A DNA stretch of 64,000 nucleotides from Eledone cirrhosa (taxonomy: Eukaryota). The notes under the pieces are model-generated. The model saw nothing but the letters and a program-made list of their open reading frames with translations. It ran no database searches and had not been told where the DNA came from. The stretch covers positions 223,138,001-223,202,000 of the forward strand of contig OZ024743.1 of assembly GCA_964016885.1 (NCBI GenBank). Direction: 5' to 3'. Every line of letters begins with the position of its first letter. Position 1 is the stretch's first letter. Positions 34,283-49,452 of the stretch are shown piece after piece. The position numbers and the translations under genes were made by a program.

Positions 34283-34395
34283 ATTTATATATATATATAT
34301 TTATATATATATATATTTATATATATTTATATATATATATTTATATATATATATATATTTATATATATTTATATATATTTATATATTTATATATT

Positions 34396-34426
<31 letters not shown>

Positions 34427-34437
34427 TTATATATATA

Positions 34438-34487
<50 letters not shown>

Positions 34488-34541
34488 TATATATATATAT
34501 TTATATATATTTATATATATTTATATATATATATTTATATT

Positions 34542-34571
<30 letters not shown>

Positions 34572-34572
<1 letters not shown>

Positions 34573-37121
34573 CATCATCATCATCATCATCAGGTTTAGC
34601 GTCCGTGTTCCACGCTTGCATGGGTTTGGACGGGGGTTTTCCCACTTGAGGCAAGAGTGGTTGTCTTGCTCGCATAGGACTGTCTGGCGGGTTTTCTACA
34701 GTTGGATGCCCTTCCTAACACCAACCACATTTACAGTGTGGGGCTGGGAGGTTTTTACCGTGTTGCCTACACGGCCACATTACAGCGTGGACTGTCTGGC
34801 TGGTTTTCTACAGCTGGATGCCCTTCCTAACACCAACCACATTTACAGTGTGGGGCTGGGAGGTTTTTACCGTGTTGCCTACACGGCCACATTTACAGCG
34901 TGGACTGTGTGTTTTTTTTGTCGTGACACCTACACGATCTCATTTGTTTCGGCCTGGATGTTGTGGGACCAACATAACTGTACATTGAAAGGGGCGGTGT
35001 GGATGGGGTGGAGGTGGTGGGACGGGGGGGTGTTTTGATAGAGATGCCTACTGACTGTAGTAGGTTTTTACTTTGTATTTAGGTAAGGCGGGTCTTCTCT
35101 ATTACTGAGTACCGCCAAAGGTCTCGGTCCAGTGACATTGTCTTGGAGAGGTGTAAGCGTGTGAGGTCGGAATTTATCAGCTCGTCCCATGTTTTTCTGG
35201 GTCTGCCTACTCCGTGGCTACCGTCTATCTTTATTGCCCTGCACTTTGTTATACAGCTGTCGTCTTTCATGCGCATCACGTGACCGTACCAACGTAGCCT
35301 TCTCTCGAGTAAACAACATCTGATCCCTCTTATTTCTAATTTTTTCCTTAGTTCGTTTATGCTTTGCCGTTCACGTATATTACTATTGCACATCCAGCGG
35401 AGCATGCAAGCTTCGTTCCTCTCTAGTCTGTGTATATCCTCTGCACACAATGCCCAGGTCTCACTGCCATGCAGCATTGCTGTTCGTATGCAGGCATCGT
35501 ATAACCTGCCTTTCATTTTTAGGGAGAACCCTCTAGCGGCTATAGTGGTATAAGCTCTCTGAACTTTTTCCATCCAGTTCTGACTCTAGCTACTGTACTT
35601 TCAGAGCACCCTCCCCCACTGCTGATTTTGTCACCCAGGTAACAGAAGCTGTCCACTATTTCTATAGAACCCTCTGCGCAATTGAAAGAGTTAGTATTTT
35701 GTGGGCACTTGCTGCTACTTATTGCACCAGAGCACCGGCCACATGTAAAATCTATGTTCTTAGTTAGCTTACCTGTGATCCCACTACATCTTTTATGCAC
35801 CCATACTTTGCATTTGGGACATAAAATGGAGTTTCTACCTACGCCTTTCCTACACACTGAGCATGGCCATTTCCCAGATGGGACTGCCGCCATATTTTCT
35901 TTCCTACAAACTAGAACTTTTGTCTTAGCCAGGTTAATTTTAAGGCCTTTTGATTCTAGGCCGTGCTTCCATGTTTGGAATTTCTTCTCTAGTTCGGTCA
36001 TTGATTCAGCTATGAGCGTTAGATCATCTGCGTATAGGAGTTCCCATGGGCAGCCGGTCTTGAACTCCTCTGTTATAGCCTGAAGGGCAATAATAAATAG
36101 TAGGGGGCTAAGAACAGAGCCCTGATGGACACCAACTTTTACGCTAAACTCTTCACTATATTCGTTGTTAATTCTAACCTTACTGACTGTTTCTTTATAC
36201 ATGGCTTGTATAGCTCTCACAAGCCATTCGTCAACACCTAGTTTTCTAAGAGACCACCAGATAATGGAACGGGGGACTCTGTCGAAGGCTTTCTCCAAGT
36301 CGACGAAAGCTAAGTATAGGGGTTTACTTTTAGCTAGGTACTTCTCCTGTAGTTGTCGTACAATGAAAAGAGCGTCTGTGGTACTTTTGCTTGACACAAA
36401 TCCGAACTGCATTTCATCTAGATCAATTCTCTCTCTGATTAGTTGCGCTATTACTTTTTCCGTGACCTTCATGACCTGGTCAATTAATTTAATGCCTCTA
36501 TAGTTACTCCTATCTAGGGCATCTCCTTTTCCCTTATAGCAGTTAACGATGATGCTGCTACGCCAGTCCTTCGGAACAACCCCATTCTGTACGACTTGGT
36601 TAACTATCCGGGTGACCATGGTGTGTCCCACCGAACCAGATGCCTTCAGCATCTCAGCAACTATTTCCGAAGGACCAGCCGCCTTGCCCGTCTTCATATC
36701 TTTGATTGCCTTGCTTATTGTACTACCCTGGACTAACACTGCTGGTCCCTCTATTGGGTCGATGTGGGGGAGACTGTCTTTCTCCCATTTGTTCTCCTCA
36801 TTTAGCAGCCTTTCATAGTGACACTTCCAAGCTACCTTCTTATCAGCGTCGGTGATGGCAAGTATGCCATCATCGTTAAGCACACACTTCTCCCCGACAA
36901 TATCACGGTTTTCCTTGACACATTGCCTGGCAATCCTGAACACCTCACGTTTTTGGTCCTCACGTTGTAGAACATGCTTGAACTTTCTTTCCTCTGCTTC
37001 CCTTCTTGCAAAGTACACTTGTCTCTTAGCTTCCCTCCTGGCTACCTGATAGTCTTCTCTACTTCCTCCATCCCGCCATGCTTTCCAAGCCTGCTTTTTG
37101 GCCTTAATTGACTCCTCCACC
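34572..37121 (-). mobile_element. 5'-truncated RTE LINE, second subfamily
   Basis: ORF 35540-37120 has RT (FVDLEKAFD, LYADD) and the same Cys/His finger; frameshift into 35079-35573; long 3' UTR with an about 113-bp duplication and a (TGA)n tail; in (TA)n. Confidence 0.93.
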
Positions 37122-37216
37122 TTACTATATATATATATTTATATATATATATATATATAAATATATATGTATATATATATATAAATATATATATATATAA
37201 ATATATATATATATAA

Positions 37217-37340
37217 ATATATATAAATATATATATGGTCTGTTGGAGATGCAGGATATGGCAGCGATAATGAGGGACAGAGACCGCTGGAGAGAACTCG
37301 TCCATGGATCTCGGGAATTTTACCCGCCTTAGATGTAGAG
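37217..37340 (+). mobile_element. 3'-terminal fragment of another RTE-like LINE
   Basis: Translates [22 protein letters not shown], resembling the RTE C-terminal DRxxWR motif; sits between TA tracts. Confidence 0.55.
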
Positions 37341-37402
37341 ATATATATATATATTTATATTTATATATATATTTATATATATATATATATATTTATAAAT
37401 AT

Positions 37403-37433
<31 letters not shown>

Positions 37434-37451
37434 AATATATATATTTATATT

Positions 37452-37565
<114 letters not shown>

Positions 37566-37910
37566 TATATATATTTATATAAATATATATATATATAAAT
37601 ATATATATATATTTATATATATATATTTATATATATATATATATATATAAATATTTATATATATATATCAGGGTAAAAGCAGCGATTCTTTCCTTAAACT
37701 TTAATCTGTTATTTTAATAAATATTTATATATATATATATTTTTTATATATATTTATATATTTATATATTAATATATTTATATTTATATATATATATATA
37801 TGATCGCAGATATAAAAGACAGCGAGAAGCGAAAACCAACCAAACAGTGAGTGTGTTCTGTTATTAATTCTGGCAATATTACGCAAATATGACCCTCCCC
37901 AAGTATAACA

Positions 37911-37989
<79 letters not shown>

Positions 37990-38035
37990 TTTATATATAT
38001 CTATATATATAGATTTATATATATATATATAGATT

Positions 38036-38124
<89 letters not shown>

Positions 38125-38132
38125 ATGCGTGT

Positions 38133-41100
38133 GTGGATTGGCAGTATCGGTAGTGTCAGACGCCAAGAGTTACGGCCCTTTATGGTCTGAGTTAAAATCC
38201 CCTCGAGGTTAACTTTGCCTTTCATCCTTACAGGGTCAATAAAATAAAGTACCAGTCACACACTGGGGTCGATATAATCGACTCCCCCCCCCCCGAAAAA
38301 AATTGCTGGCCTTGTGCCTATATAAGAAACAATTATTATAGGGCGGTGTATTGGCAGAATCGGTAGAGCGTCGGACAATATGCTTTGCGACATTGAGTTA
38401 CGTCCCTTCACACTCTGAGTTCAAATCAGTGGTGTCAATTTAATTGACTTTGCTGGCCTTGTGCCTAAATGAGAAACCATTATTATTATTTCTTAGGGTG
38501 GTAAATTGGTAGAACTATTAGTGTGTTGGATTGTTTTCTTGTATATTATACTGGCTGTTTATGATATGAATAAAATCCCGTTGGCCAACTTTTCCTTTCA
38601 TCTTCCTAAGGTTGATATAAAAAGAAGTACCAGTCAAATATTGGGATAGTATAATCAACTAATTCCTTTCGCCAAATTTCTGGCCTTGTGCCTAAATCAG
38701 AAAGTGGCAATGGGTGGTGGATTGGCAATATCGGTAGATGGTCGGACGCCAAGCTTTGCAGCATAGAGTTACGGCCCTTTACGGTCTGAGTTCTAATCCC
38801 ACTGAGGTTAACTTTGCCTTTCATACTTAAAGGGCCAATAAAATAAAGTACCAGTAATGTACTGGATTAATTGCTGGCCTTGTGCCAAAAAGTAGAAACA
38901 ATTATTATTAAACCTTGTGGGTTTATGTGGAACACCTGCTGTCATGTGTAGGACTGATTCAGCTATCAGCTGAGTCCATTGTGAAGATTGCTCTGCTACC
39001 TTCCTTTAGCCAGGAAGGGCAGGCAGTTTTTGTCTGCCTGGTGGCTATGGCGAAAGAGGTCATGTGGTGGACATCTAAAAGGGCTGAAGACAAGCACTTT
39101 CTTCTTCAACGAAGCTCTGATTAACGTTTTCAGGTTTCACTTGAAGAGGAAAATCAAGGTGGAGAGGGTAGAGTTGCCTTCCAAGCAGTTTGTTGAAGGA
39201 TGAATGAGAGAGGCGAGCATGGCCCGAATGAATGGGCCTGCTCTGAGTATGCACCTGGAGATTAGAGGTGGAAGACTGGGAAAGAGCACTTGCCCTGGTG
39301 GTCAGGGTGATCATGGCTTTTTGTGGGCTTTCTCCATGTGTGACCCTCAGAAGTCCCCCCACCCCCCCACCCCTATTGGGGAATTTATTTTGTTTGAATT
39401 TGTTTCACATGCTTTCCTTGTTTTTGTTATGACTTTTTACACACCAAAACCTGTGCTGTCCTGTACCCTTCTTAATGTTTTCTTTATGTGAGCCCTGCAT
39501 GGCTAATAAAGAAATCATTATTATTATCATGTCCTCCCTCAGGGTTGATCTTAATTCTTGGTTTAGTCAAGATAGTGGACAGCATTCAGTGGTCTTAGGT
39601 ATCATGACGCTGTTTCTTTCTTTTCTGTTTGCATCTAATTATTATCATCATTTTTACCTTTCATCCTTATGAGGTTGATAAAATAATGCACCAGTAATGC
39701 ACTGGGGTAATTGCCAGCCTTGTACCAAAAGTAGAAACATTATTAATATTAGTAAAGTACCAGTAATGCACTGGGGTATTTGCCAGCCTTGTACCAAAAG
39801 TAGAAACATTATTAATATTAGTAAAGTACCAGTACCAAAAGTAGAAACAATTATTAATATTATTATTATTAGGGTGGCAGATTGGGTGTATCAGTAGAGT
39901 GTCAGACTACAAGCTTAGCAACACAGAGTTACGTCCCTTTACGTTATGAGTTCAAATCCCACCGAGGTTGACTTTGCCTTTCATTCTTATGGGGTCAATA
40001 AAATAAAGTACCAGTCATGCACTGAGGGCGATTTAATCGACTTTCCTCTCCCCCAAAATTGATGGCCTTGTGCCTATTGCATTACTAATAAAGTACCAGT
40101 AATGCACTGGGTAATTGCTGGCCTTGTGCCAAAAAGTAGAAACAATTATTATTCAGCGAAAATAATAGGGCGGTGGATTGGCAGTATCGGTAGAGGGTCG
40201 GACGCCATGCTTTGACGCATAGAGTTACGGCTCTTGCCATTCTGATTTCAAATCCCGCCGAGGTTGACTTTGCCTTTCATCCTTACAGGGTCGATAAAAT
40301 AAAGTACCAGTAACGTACTGGATAATTACTGGCCTTGTGCCAAAAGGTAGAAACAATTATTATTCAGCAGAAATTATAGAATGTCTGACAAAATGTTTTG
40401 CGGTAATGAGTTACGTCCCTTTACTTTCTGAGTTTAAAATCTTGCCAAGGTTAATTTTGCCTTTCATCCTTCTGAGGTTGATAAAATAAAGTACCAGTAA
40501 CACACTTGGGGGGGGGGGGGAGCAATTTAATCGACTTTCCCCTTCCTTCCCCTTCCCCCCATACCATAAAAAAAAATTTTTGGCTTTGTGCCTAAATTTG
40601 AAACTCTTATTGTTTTGAGTTATGTTAATCAGAGGGATAGGAGGGATATAGCAGAAAAAATAGAGGAGTATTTTATTAAATATCTTGCATTGTTTAATTA
40701 CATGTTTTTATCTTCTGAGTTCAAATCCCACCAGGGTCGGTCAGCTTTATATCCTTCAGGAGGGATCAATTCTATAAATAAATACCAGTCAACTAAATAG
40801 TACTGAATCCACCCCACACTAAGCTCTTGGCCAATAATATGGGGAAGAGATTGATTATATCAACCCCAGTATTTAACTGGTACAATATTTTATCAATCCA
40901 AGAAGGTTTGAAAGACAAAGTTGATGTCAGAGGGATTTGAGGTCAAAAATATGAAAAGGCCATAAAATAAATATGGCAAAATATTTTGTCCAAATTCTAC
41001 CAATTCTTCATATCTCACCTAGGTCAAATTTGCCTTTCCTCCTTCCTGAGTTGATAAAATGAAAAGTACCAGCGAAGTACTGAGGTTAATATAATTGACC

Positions 41101-42310
41101 CCACCCCCCACTACACACACACACAATTGCTGACCTTGTGCCATTTCTAGAAAAAGTTATTATTTTTTATTTATTTCTTCTTATTATTATTTATTTATTT
41201 CGGACGTAACTATGCTTTCCAGCATAGTTACGTCCCTTTACGATCTGAGTTCAAATCCCGCCGAGGTTGACTTTGCCTTTCATCCTTACGGGGTCGATAA
41301 AATAAAGTACCAGTAATGTACTGGGTAAGCGCTGGCCTTGTGCCTAAAGTAGAAACAATTATTATTTATTTATTTATTATTGTTATTGTTGCTATTATTA
41401 TTAGTGTTATTATTAAAGGGTGGTAGCATAGAGTTACGGCCCTTTATGATCTAAATTCAAATCCTGCCGAGGTTAATTTTGCTTTTCATCTTTACAAGGT
41501 CGATAAAATAAACTACCAGTCACGCACTGGGGGCGATTTAATTGACTTTCTCCTCCCCCCAAAAGTGTTAGCCTTGTGCCTAAACACCAAGGGCGGTGGA
41601 TTGGCAGTATTGGTAGAGTGTCAGACACCATGCTTTGCAGTATAGAGTTACAGCTCTTTACATTCTGAGTTCAAATCTCGCCAAGGTTAACTTTGCCTTT
41701 CATCTTTACGGGGTTGATAAAATAAAGTACCAGTAATGCACTGGGGTTGATTTAATTGACTTTCCCCTTCTCCAAAATTGCTGGCCTTGTGTCTAAATCA
41801 GAAACCATTATTATTATTATTTATTATTACAATATTTCAAGGGCGGTGAATTGGCAGTATCAGTAGAGGGTTGGACGCCATGCTTTCTAGTACAGTTACG
41901 TCCCTTTACAGTCTGAGTTCAAATCCCGCCGAGGTTAACTTTGCCTTTCATCCTTATGGGGTCGATAAAATAAAGTACCAGTAATGTACTGGGTAATTGC
42001 TGGCCTTGTGCCTAAAAGTAGAAACAATTATTACAATTATTTCTGTTGTTGTTGCTAAGGCAGCGGATTAACAGAAACAGTGGAATATTTGACTAAATAC
42101 CTTTCAGTATTTAGTGTTGTTTCTTAAAGTTCTGAGTTCAAATCCTGCCACAATTGACTTTTCTTTCTTCATCCCTCATAAGGATAGGTTGGGTTGGGTT
42201 GGTGAAATATAATACCAGTCATACACTGAATGTCAATGTACCTGACAATAATACATACACCTCTTCTACAGAAATTTCTGGCCTTGTGCCCTATTAAAGA
42301 AACCATTACT
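38133..42310 (+). mobile_element. dense cluster of about 15 tRNA-derived SINE copies and fragments
   Basis: Repeated heads ggcggtggattggcagtatcggtag, B-boxes, the core gcctttcatcc..ggggtcgataaaataaagtacc and (att)n tails; nearly all on the + strand. Confidence 0.88.
38915..39520 (+). mobile_element. 3' remnant of an L1/Tx1-like LINE
   Basis: Broken ORF ...CLVAMAKEVMWWT..FRFHLKRKIKVER, followed by a UTR with aataaa; clade assignment is by resemblance only. Confidence 0.45.
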
Positions 42311-42703
42311 ATTGTTGTTGGTGTTGCTGTTATTATTGTTATTATAATTACCATTATTGATTTCTGTGATTATTTTGTTTTTGATTTTTTTCTCCATTAT
42401 TATTATTTATTAAATAATACTAACAATAATAATAATTATTATTATTGTTATTATTATTTTTATATATTTTTTGTTGTTGTTAAACATTCTTGTTTGTCAT
42501 CACACACATCTATTTAACTACTTTATAAAGTTGCGATAAAATGTTTTGTTGCAACTTCCTAATTATTACCATCATTATTAATTTTCTTTTTCTTTCTTTT
42601 TTTTTTCAATAAATACCTTATTCAGTCTTACTCAGCCTTAAACTATTTTACTGAGCTTTTAAAACTGGTTATTTTGCTTCCTTCACATCTAAATATTCCT
42701 TAA

Positions 42704-42911
42704 CCCTTTAGCATTTACATTACTCTATATTTACTACTATATTTTCATGGTAAAGTCTTAACCTCACATAATATCGAATCTATGAGATTTTGATATTATT
42801 TATGTTGAGAACAATACCTTAACATCAGTATGAGTGACCAGTTACAGCTGGTTTGAACAGAAAAAGGTGAGAGAATTCTGGCCGGATATAGATGGTTTAA
42901 ATGCTAATGGG
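42704..42911. mobile_element. piggyBac-type MITE
   Basis: TTAA on both sides, ccct...ggg ends; inverted relative to the 4241 copy. Confidence 0.8.
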
Positions 42912-44152
42912 TTAACATACATTCACCACTGGCTGTTTTGTTACCTTCACATCTAAATATCCCTTAACATACATTCACTACTGGCTGTTTTGTTACCTTC
43001 ACATCTAAATATTCCTTTATACACATTCTCCACTTATTCATGATTCTGTTTTGATGCTTTTTTTCCTATTTTATCTTTTGTGACTTGTATGATGATGATG
43101 GATTTTACCATCAGTTTCAACAATGATCAACCAAACATTCAATTTGTGAATCTAATATATACGTGGTTGAGTATTCCACAGACACATGAGCCCTTAATGT
43201 AATTTATAGGCAGAATCGGTGTGACAAAATGTGTAACAACGCTGGCCCTTTGAATTACTCATACAATCGAACTGATGGGTTTCCCCACATTTCTATCTAC
43301 CCAATTTCACTCCCAAGGCTTCAGTTGAACTGAGACTTAAGTTAGAATACTTAAGATGTCATCCAAGGAAGACAGACAACAGCCACACACTTTTTCAGGG
43401 CCTCTTAGACAGGTGGAAGGTATAGAGAAAGTTATGCTGAGACTAGAAACCTGCCCAGAAGTTTTTCTTGCAACAGAGCTGACACTATACTAAAGACACC
43501 TAAGAATTAGATGATGGATTAAGTATACCACCCAAGAGCAAGAACAATTCTTCTAACAGGATTTCAGACATTTTCTTTATACTAAATTTCACTCACAAGG
43601 CTTTATTTGCTATGAGACTATGGTAGAAGATATCTGTCAAAGGTTTGCAAAGTGGAATTCATTCCAAACCCACCTAGTTACAAAGTGAACTTCTTAACCA
43701 CTCAGCCACACATGCAACACCATATATTGAGAGGTGAAGGATTTTTTTTTCCAGGATATTTGAAGTTTAATTCAAATGAACAGTTTTGGTAGGACATCAA
43801 ATTCCAGCATGGAAAGTGGATGTGAAATGATGAGGACTCTTCAGTTGTGTGAAAGACATGACAACCTCCCTAGTGTTGATGATATAATAAACACATCCAG
43901 TACACTCAGTAAAGGGGTTGGTGATAGGAAACCTGCCAAGCAAAGGTTCAGCAGGAGTAAACTTCACCTGTGTCAAAGAAATGACAATGTACTTTGTACT
44001 AATGCCATGATAAAATGTATTTGATAGAGTACAACAATGTAAGTGAGATATAGGCCTACGACCCATCTGAGAGTTCAGTAGCTCCTCTTGAGTATTGACT
44101 CAGTCTGTGAAGACTTGTCCAACCCTTACTAGCAGGGAAGATGGATGTTAGA

Positions 44153-44186
<34 letters not shown>

Positions 44187-44221
44187 GGTGGTGGCAGCGA
44201 TAAGTTTGAATTTGTTATTTT

Positions 44222-44610
44222 AAAATTATTAACCATCTTGCCAAGAACAACCCTGACCACCTTTTTGAATTCCATGTGTCTAACACCTGTGGGCATGCCT
44301 ACAAAGTCAGAAAGCAACACAGCTACCATGACTTTCGGAAACATTTGTTTGCGCTCAGCGTTGCTGAAGCATGGAACAAACTACCTGCATCAGTTGTTAG
44401 CTGCCGGGACACTGCATCCTTTGAAACCTCCATGTTTCTTGAAATTCGCCAACACTACACCTGATATCCACCCCCTCCATACACATGTTTATCATGACTC
44501 ATACACTGTTCACTTTCCTGACATTTGTACATTATTCTATGTACTATACATGCACCTTTGATGAGTTGTAGTGCACCTGAGCACTGTACACAATACTTTC
44601 ATTATTATTA
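44222..44610 (+). mobile_element. 3' end of a CR1-type LINE
   Basis: Translates NTCGHAYKVRKQHSYHDFRKHLFALSVAEAWNKLP (TRGH..K..FFS.RV..WN.LP-type C-terminus); 3' UTR and (att)n tail. Confidence 0.8.
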
Positions 44611-47079
44611 TTTATTTTTTTTTTATTTTTTATTTCTGTTGCCAAACTTGAGGTTCCATACTAACTATATCAAACCACTTCATCTTTCTTATCTAAGTGC
44701 AGCCTGGCCAATTAAGATCAATATATTTTATTACAAGGCCTAATAATAGTTTTTAAATAGAAATAAAGAGTTTTGACCACTTGAGAATGGAATTTTTTTT
44801 AATGAAGGAGTAAAAGATAAATATAAATTATTATGAAGTCCCTTGGGTTTTAGGGGGCCAGTTTAAGAGTTTTGGTATCATGGATTTATGCAGAGGAAAG
44901 ATGAATCTTCTAGATAGGATATCAGTCTATTACAGGTAAGACTATCAAATGATTTAGTACCTATTCTCAACAGTTAATGGGTCCAAGGTAATACAGAATA
45001 AAGTGTCCTGTCTAAGAACTCAATACAATACAGGTAGCAAATCTGACACCACAACTTATGAACAGATAATACTTCACTCACCATCATCTGGGGAAATGCC
45101 TTCTCCTTTCTGTCTGCTGGGGCCATGGGGCAGCCAGCATGTGGGCCCCCATTTGCTCATAATAGTGAGAGATAGTGAGAGCGGGAGAGATGAAGGCAGT
45201 GACGGTGTCTGTGTTTGCATTTGTGTGTGTGTGTAATCCCATAATCACTCGAGTTGATGCAACTATGAAAATCTCATCTTTCTGTCGTGTATCTAGAATA
45301 AATCAGGCTATCATATGTCATTCTTCTTCAAGCTATGACCAGGGTAAGATTTCAGCTCAGCACAAAATCCTAATGAAACGCTCATTAATTATAAAACTGT
45401 ACCCACTATTTCCCTAAAACACAGTGTATCACTGATAGTTGGATATAAACCAACAACAATTTGATTGGTAGGTTGGCACACAGCCAGATATGAATTTATA
45501 TGTGGGTTGAACCATTCAACAAGTAGTTCTGTAGTTGTACAAGTAAAAAATGTTTTTTAACTCTGAATATTCTGTAATGATTTGGCAGAAAATATAAAAA
45601 AAACAACAATTTGTTAATTGAAATGTTTATAGCATTTTTACTATTACTCAAACCATAGTGAATTTTTTCAGTATTAAAGTAAAGATTTTAATTTGTAATG
45701 TGAAGTAGTCACAGTGCATTTTTGTGTTTTTTAAAGAATGTTTGGTTAATGCTGTTTCATGCGGTACAGGATGTGAAACAACTGGAGAAAAATCAGCCTT
45801 TTTAATCCTTTTTAATAGAAAATAGCTTGCAATTGACTTTAGTTTGATTTAAAATGATTATATTTATCAAAAAACCTTCCATCATGTTAGAACCTTTCTT
45901 AAGCTATGTTCCGAACTAAAGGTTAATAACGAGAAAGTTTGTTATATTTATTAGTTCTGAAACAAAGCTGCTTATTTCAAATTGTTTATATTTATCTTAA
46001 AACCTTCCATCATAATTTTATGTGATTTTACGGAAGAACCTTTTTTTAAGTGATGTTCTAAACACCAGCATAATAATGAGAAAGTTATATCACTAAATTC
46101 CACCAACATCTTGATTATTTTCAACATGATTTGAAAATCATAATCAGTGACTTTTATTAGAAATAAGGTAATGGAAGGGTTAACCTTTTAGCATTTACAT
46201 TACTCTACTATTGTATTTTTGCGGTAAAGGCTTTATCTCACATGATATCAAATCTACGAGATTTTGACGATGTTATTATTTATTTTGAGAACAATACTTT
46301 AAGCGGCCGGTTATGGCCAGTTTGGACAGAAACAGGTGAGAGAAAGGGTTAAACACTAAATCAAACTAAGCTGGAAGTCCTTTACAAAATGATTATCAAG
46401 AAAGCAGAATTTTATACTAAGCATGGTCTGCATGCTCTCAGTTTTTCTCAACTGCAGTAGTGCATTCCAGATTTTTGCCAAAGGTATCTTTCTATCTGCT
46501 ACACTTTAATACAGAGGGTTCTGTAAGTAGTCCTCTAAAGACAAATTCCTGGCATTTATCTCTCTATTCAACCTATCCATACACATTTCCTTTCTAAAGT
46601 ATTTTTATCAATCTTTCCTCAACCATTGTTTCTAAGAATCCATCACATACAGTTAATTCTTCTCCTTCTCTTTCTTCTTTTTATTCTCCTCCTCCCCTCC
46701 TTCTTTTTCTTCTTCTTATTGTCACTTTGGACCCTGAATTCAATGAGCCAAAACAGAATACCATAAAGAATGTCACCCAACATTCTGACAATTCTGTCTA
46801 TCCACCCTGGTCTGGTTCTTTATTTTATCAACCTTGAAAAGATGAAAGGCAAAATGATCCTCTGCAGGATTTGAACTCAGAATACAGAGAGCTGCAACAA
46901 TTATCCAACTCTCTAATGACTCTGCCATGCCACAATAATCTGTACTTATATCTCTTGCTATTGTACATATCTTCAATATTGGACATAGTAGATGTTGGGG
47001 TTCTTTTGGAGGATTTGTGCAGACAGGACTTCTCTGATATTTGTCTTTAGTAACCCCTTTATATAAATGATCCCTCTCA

Positions 47080-47400
47080 GTTAATCAATTTAAATCAAAA
47101 CCATTATATATCTGTAACATGTGGAGTACCTCAGGACTCAATACTGGGTTCTCTTCTATTCAACATATATATATATCAACTCACAATGTAGCTCTTCAAC
47201 CTAGGTTTCATTCCATGCACATTGTTATGTATAGCTATATATAGCTATATGTATCAGTCAGGGCTCCCAAATCCTTCATATAGCTATGTTTTACTTTTCT
47301 CTCCAATATAAGCTTGTGAGACAAACTACAACAAACAATACCGACAAACAAATCAATGAATAATTTCTACCTCAAACTAAATACTACAAAATCAGACATT
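47080..47400 (+). pseudogene. degenerate CR1/L2-type RT fragment
   Basis: CGVPQDSILGSLLFNIY near 47120 and YLKLNTTKSD near 47368. Confidence 0.6.
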
Positions 47401-47736
47401 TTTGTTTCTCTCTTTACAAACAACAAATTTCATATTGAAAACATGTTTTGATGGTGTAAATATATCTTTCTCTTGTAAGACAAATGATGTTATATGAGGA
47501 ACTTTTTTTTATTGTTTAGTGTGGGATGGAAGAGAATTGCCTATGAGTCTTTTCAAGGCCTCCAAGATGGTTTGGATGGAGGGAGGAAGGTATCCTTAAA
47601 CTGGAAACCTGTAATAGGGTCTACTAAAGGCAATCAGGTGTCAGGAGGTGATGTTAAACTGGGTAACATATCAACACCACTACCTGGCCCTTAGGAGTGT
47701 CTTTAGTGGAGCCTACTCTGTTGATATATATATACA

Positions 47737-47788
<52 letters not shown>

Positions 47789-47954
47789 GAATTTCAACCA
47801 GTGCAACATCACTCATCAACAGCACCACACTCCGTTTAATTTCTTTTGAAAATGAGGTCCTAACCTCTAAAAATCATAAAATATAAGGTAAAGGTACAAA
47901 CTGTTTTGTTTTGTTTTTTCCTATTTTACTCTGTACTCTAGTTTTCACTGTATT

Positions 47955-48327
47955 ATCATCATCTCATCTATTGCTCTTGCTGCATGGGACTGGGGTCATT
48001 TTGGTCAGCAGTCCCAGAGGCATCTCATCTACTGCGCTTGCTTCATGGGACTGGGGTTATCCTGGTCAATGGTCCCAGAGGCATCTCATTTATTGCTCTT
48101 GCTTCATGGGACTGGGGTCATTTTGGTCAGCAGTCCCAGAGGCATCTCATCTACTGCGCTTGCTTCATGGGACTGGGGTTATCCTGGTCAATGGTCCCAG
48201 AGGCATCTCATTTATTGCTCTTGCTTCATGGGACTGGGGTCATTTTGGTCAGCAGTCTCAGAGGCATCTCATCTATTGTGCTTGCTTCATGGGACTGGGG
48301 TTATCCTGGTCAATGGTCCCAGAGGCA
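47955..48327. repeat. 61-bp minisatellite (alternating A/B variants) at the 3' end of a LINE
   Basis: ggactgggg recurs every 61 bp, about 6 units, with strict variant alternation. Confidence 0.9.
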
Positions 48328-49452
48328 CCATCATTCATAGAGCCAACCAGGTCCATCAGTGCACTCCCTCACTGGCGGTTCTGTGCCAGCCCCTTTGCAT
48401 CCCCCAAGGAGACGGCAAACTTCTGGAGATCTTCCTTAATTATGTCTTAATTACATCCAGCAATCAGGTGTGAGGCCTTTTCCAGCCCACTGTGCTGTGT
48501 TGAATGAGAGTAAAGCTCTGGTAGAATGATCTGGTGGAAGACAGAGGATATGTCTGTACCATTGGATGTGGCAGATGGCTATGAGGTGGGAAGCTGTGGG
48601 CTGATGTGTGCATGAACACAGCTCTTCATTGGAGATGTGATGGTACCATCTGATGTTCTCTGTGGTCCTTAGGGCTCTGCTATCGAAGCTGTTGAGGCTC
48701 TTATTCCGGGTCTTAATGAGGGGTCATGTTTCTGCTCAATAGAGAAGAATGGAGAGGACCAACATGTTGTAGGTACAGAGCTTCGTCTTCTGGGAGATAG
48801 AGCAGTAGGGCCAAAGAGGCTTCCATAGGGAGTGCATGACTCCAGCGGCCAGACCACATCTGCAGTTGATCTCCAGGGTCAGGTCTCCGTTGTTGGTGAC
48901 TGTGGAGGCCAGGTAGATGAAGGAGCCGATAAATTCCATGATGTCTCATTACCAAAAGATCTCCGGAGATCCACAAAGATTGCTGCCTCTACGTCACTTT
49001 GTCGATCTCAAGTCAGCTTTTGATGTGGTCGACTATGCATCTCTCTGGAAAATCCTCAAGCTCAACAACACACCTCCCAAGATCACCACCCTGTTCCAAC
49101 AGCTCTATAGCAGTGCTGAGAGTTGCATGTGGGTGAACGGGAAGGACTCCGACTGGTTCCCATCAACAGTGGGGTCCAACAAAGTTGCATGGCCACCCCT
49201 GACCTCTTCAGCTGTATCATTGACTATCTAATGACAAGGGTCTGTGAGTGAATTTCTGTCATTACTTTTGCGAACTACCACCTTTTTGACCTGGAATACG
49301 CAGGCAATACCACCGTGTTTAGCAACTCAATTGGCCAGCTCAGGGACGCACTGACCATATACCAGGAGGAATCAGTAAAGCTTGGTCTTCAGGTGAGTTG
49401 GGTGAAGACCAAGTTGATGTATGTCAGCGATGGCCCTGTTCCTCCCACTGCA
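48328..49452 (-). mobile_element. decayed RTE-like LINE with an inverted 5' segment
   Basis: Minus strand 48330-48955: FIYLAS...EINCRCGLA...TKLCTYNMLVLSILLY. Plus strand 48995-49450: FVDLKSAFD...DLEYAG..KLGLQVSWVKTK. Confidence 0.8.
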
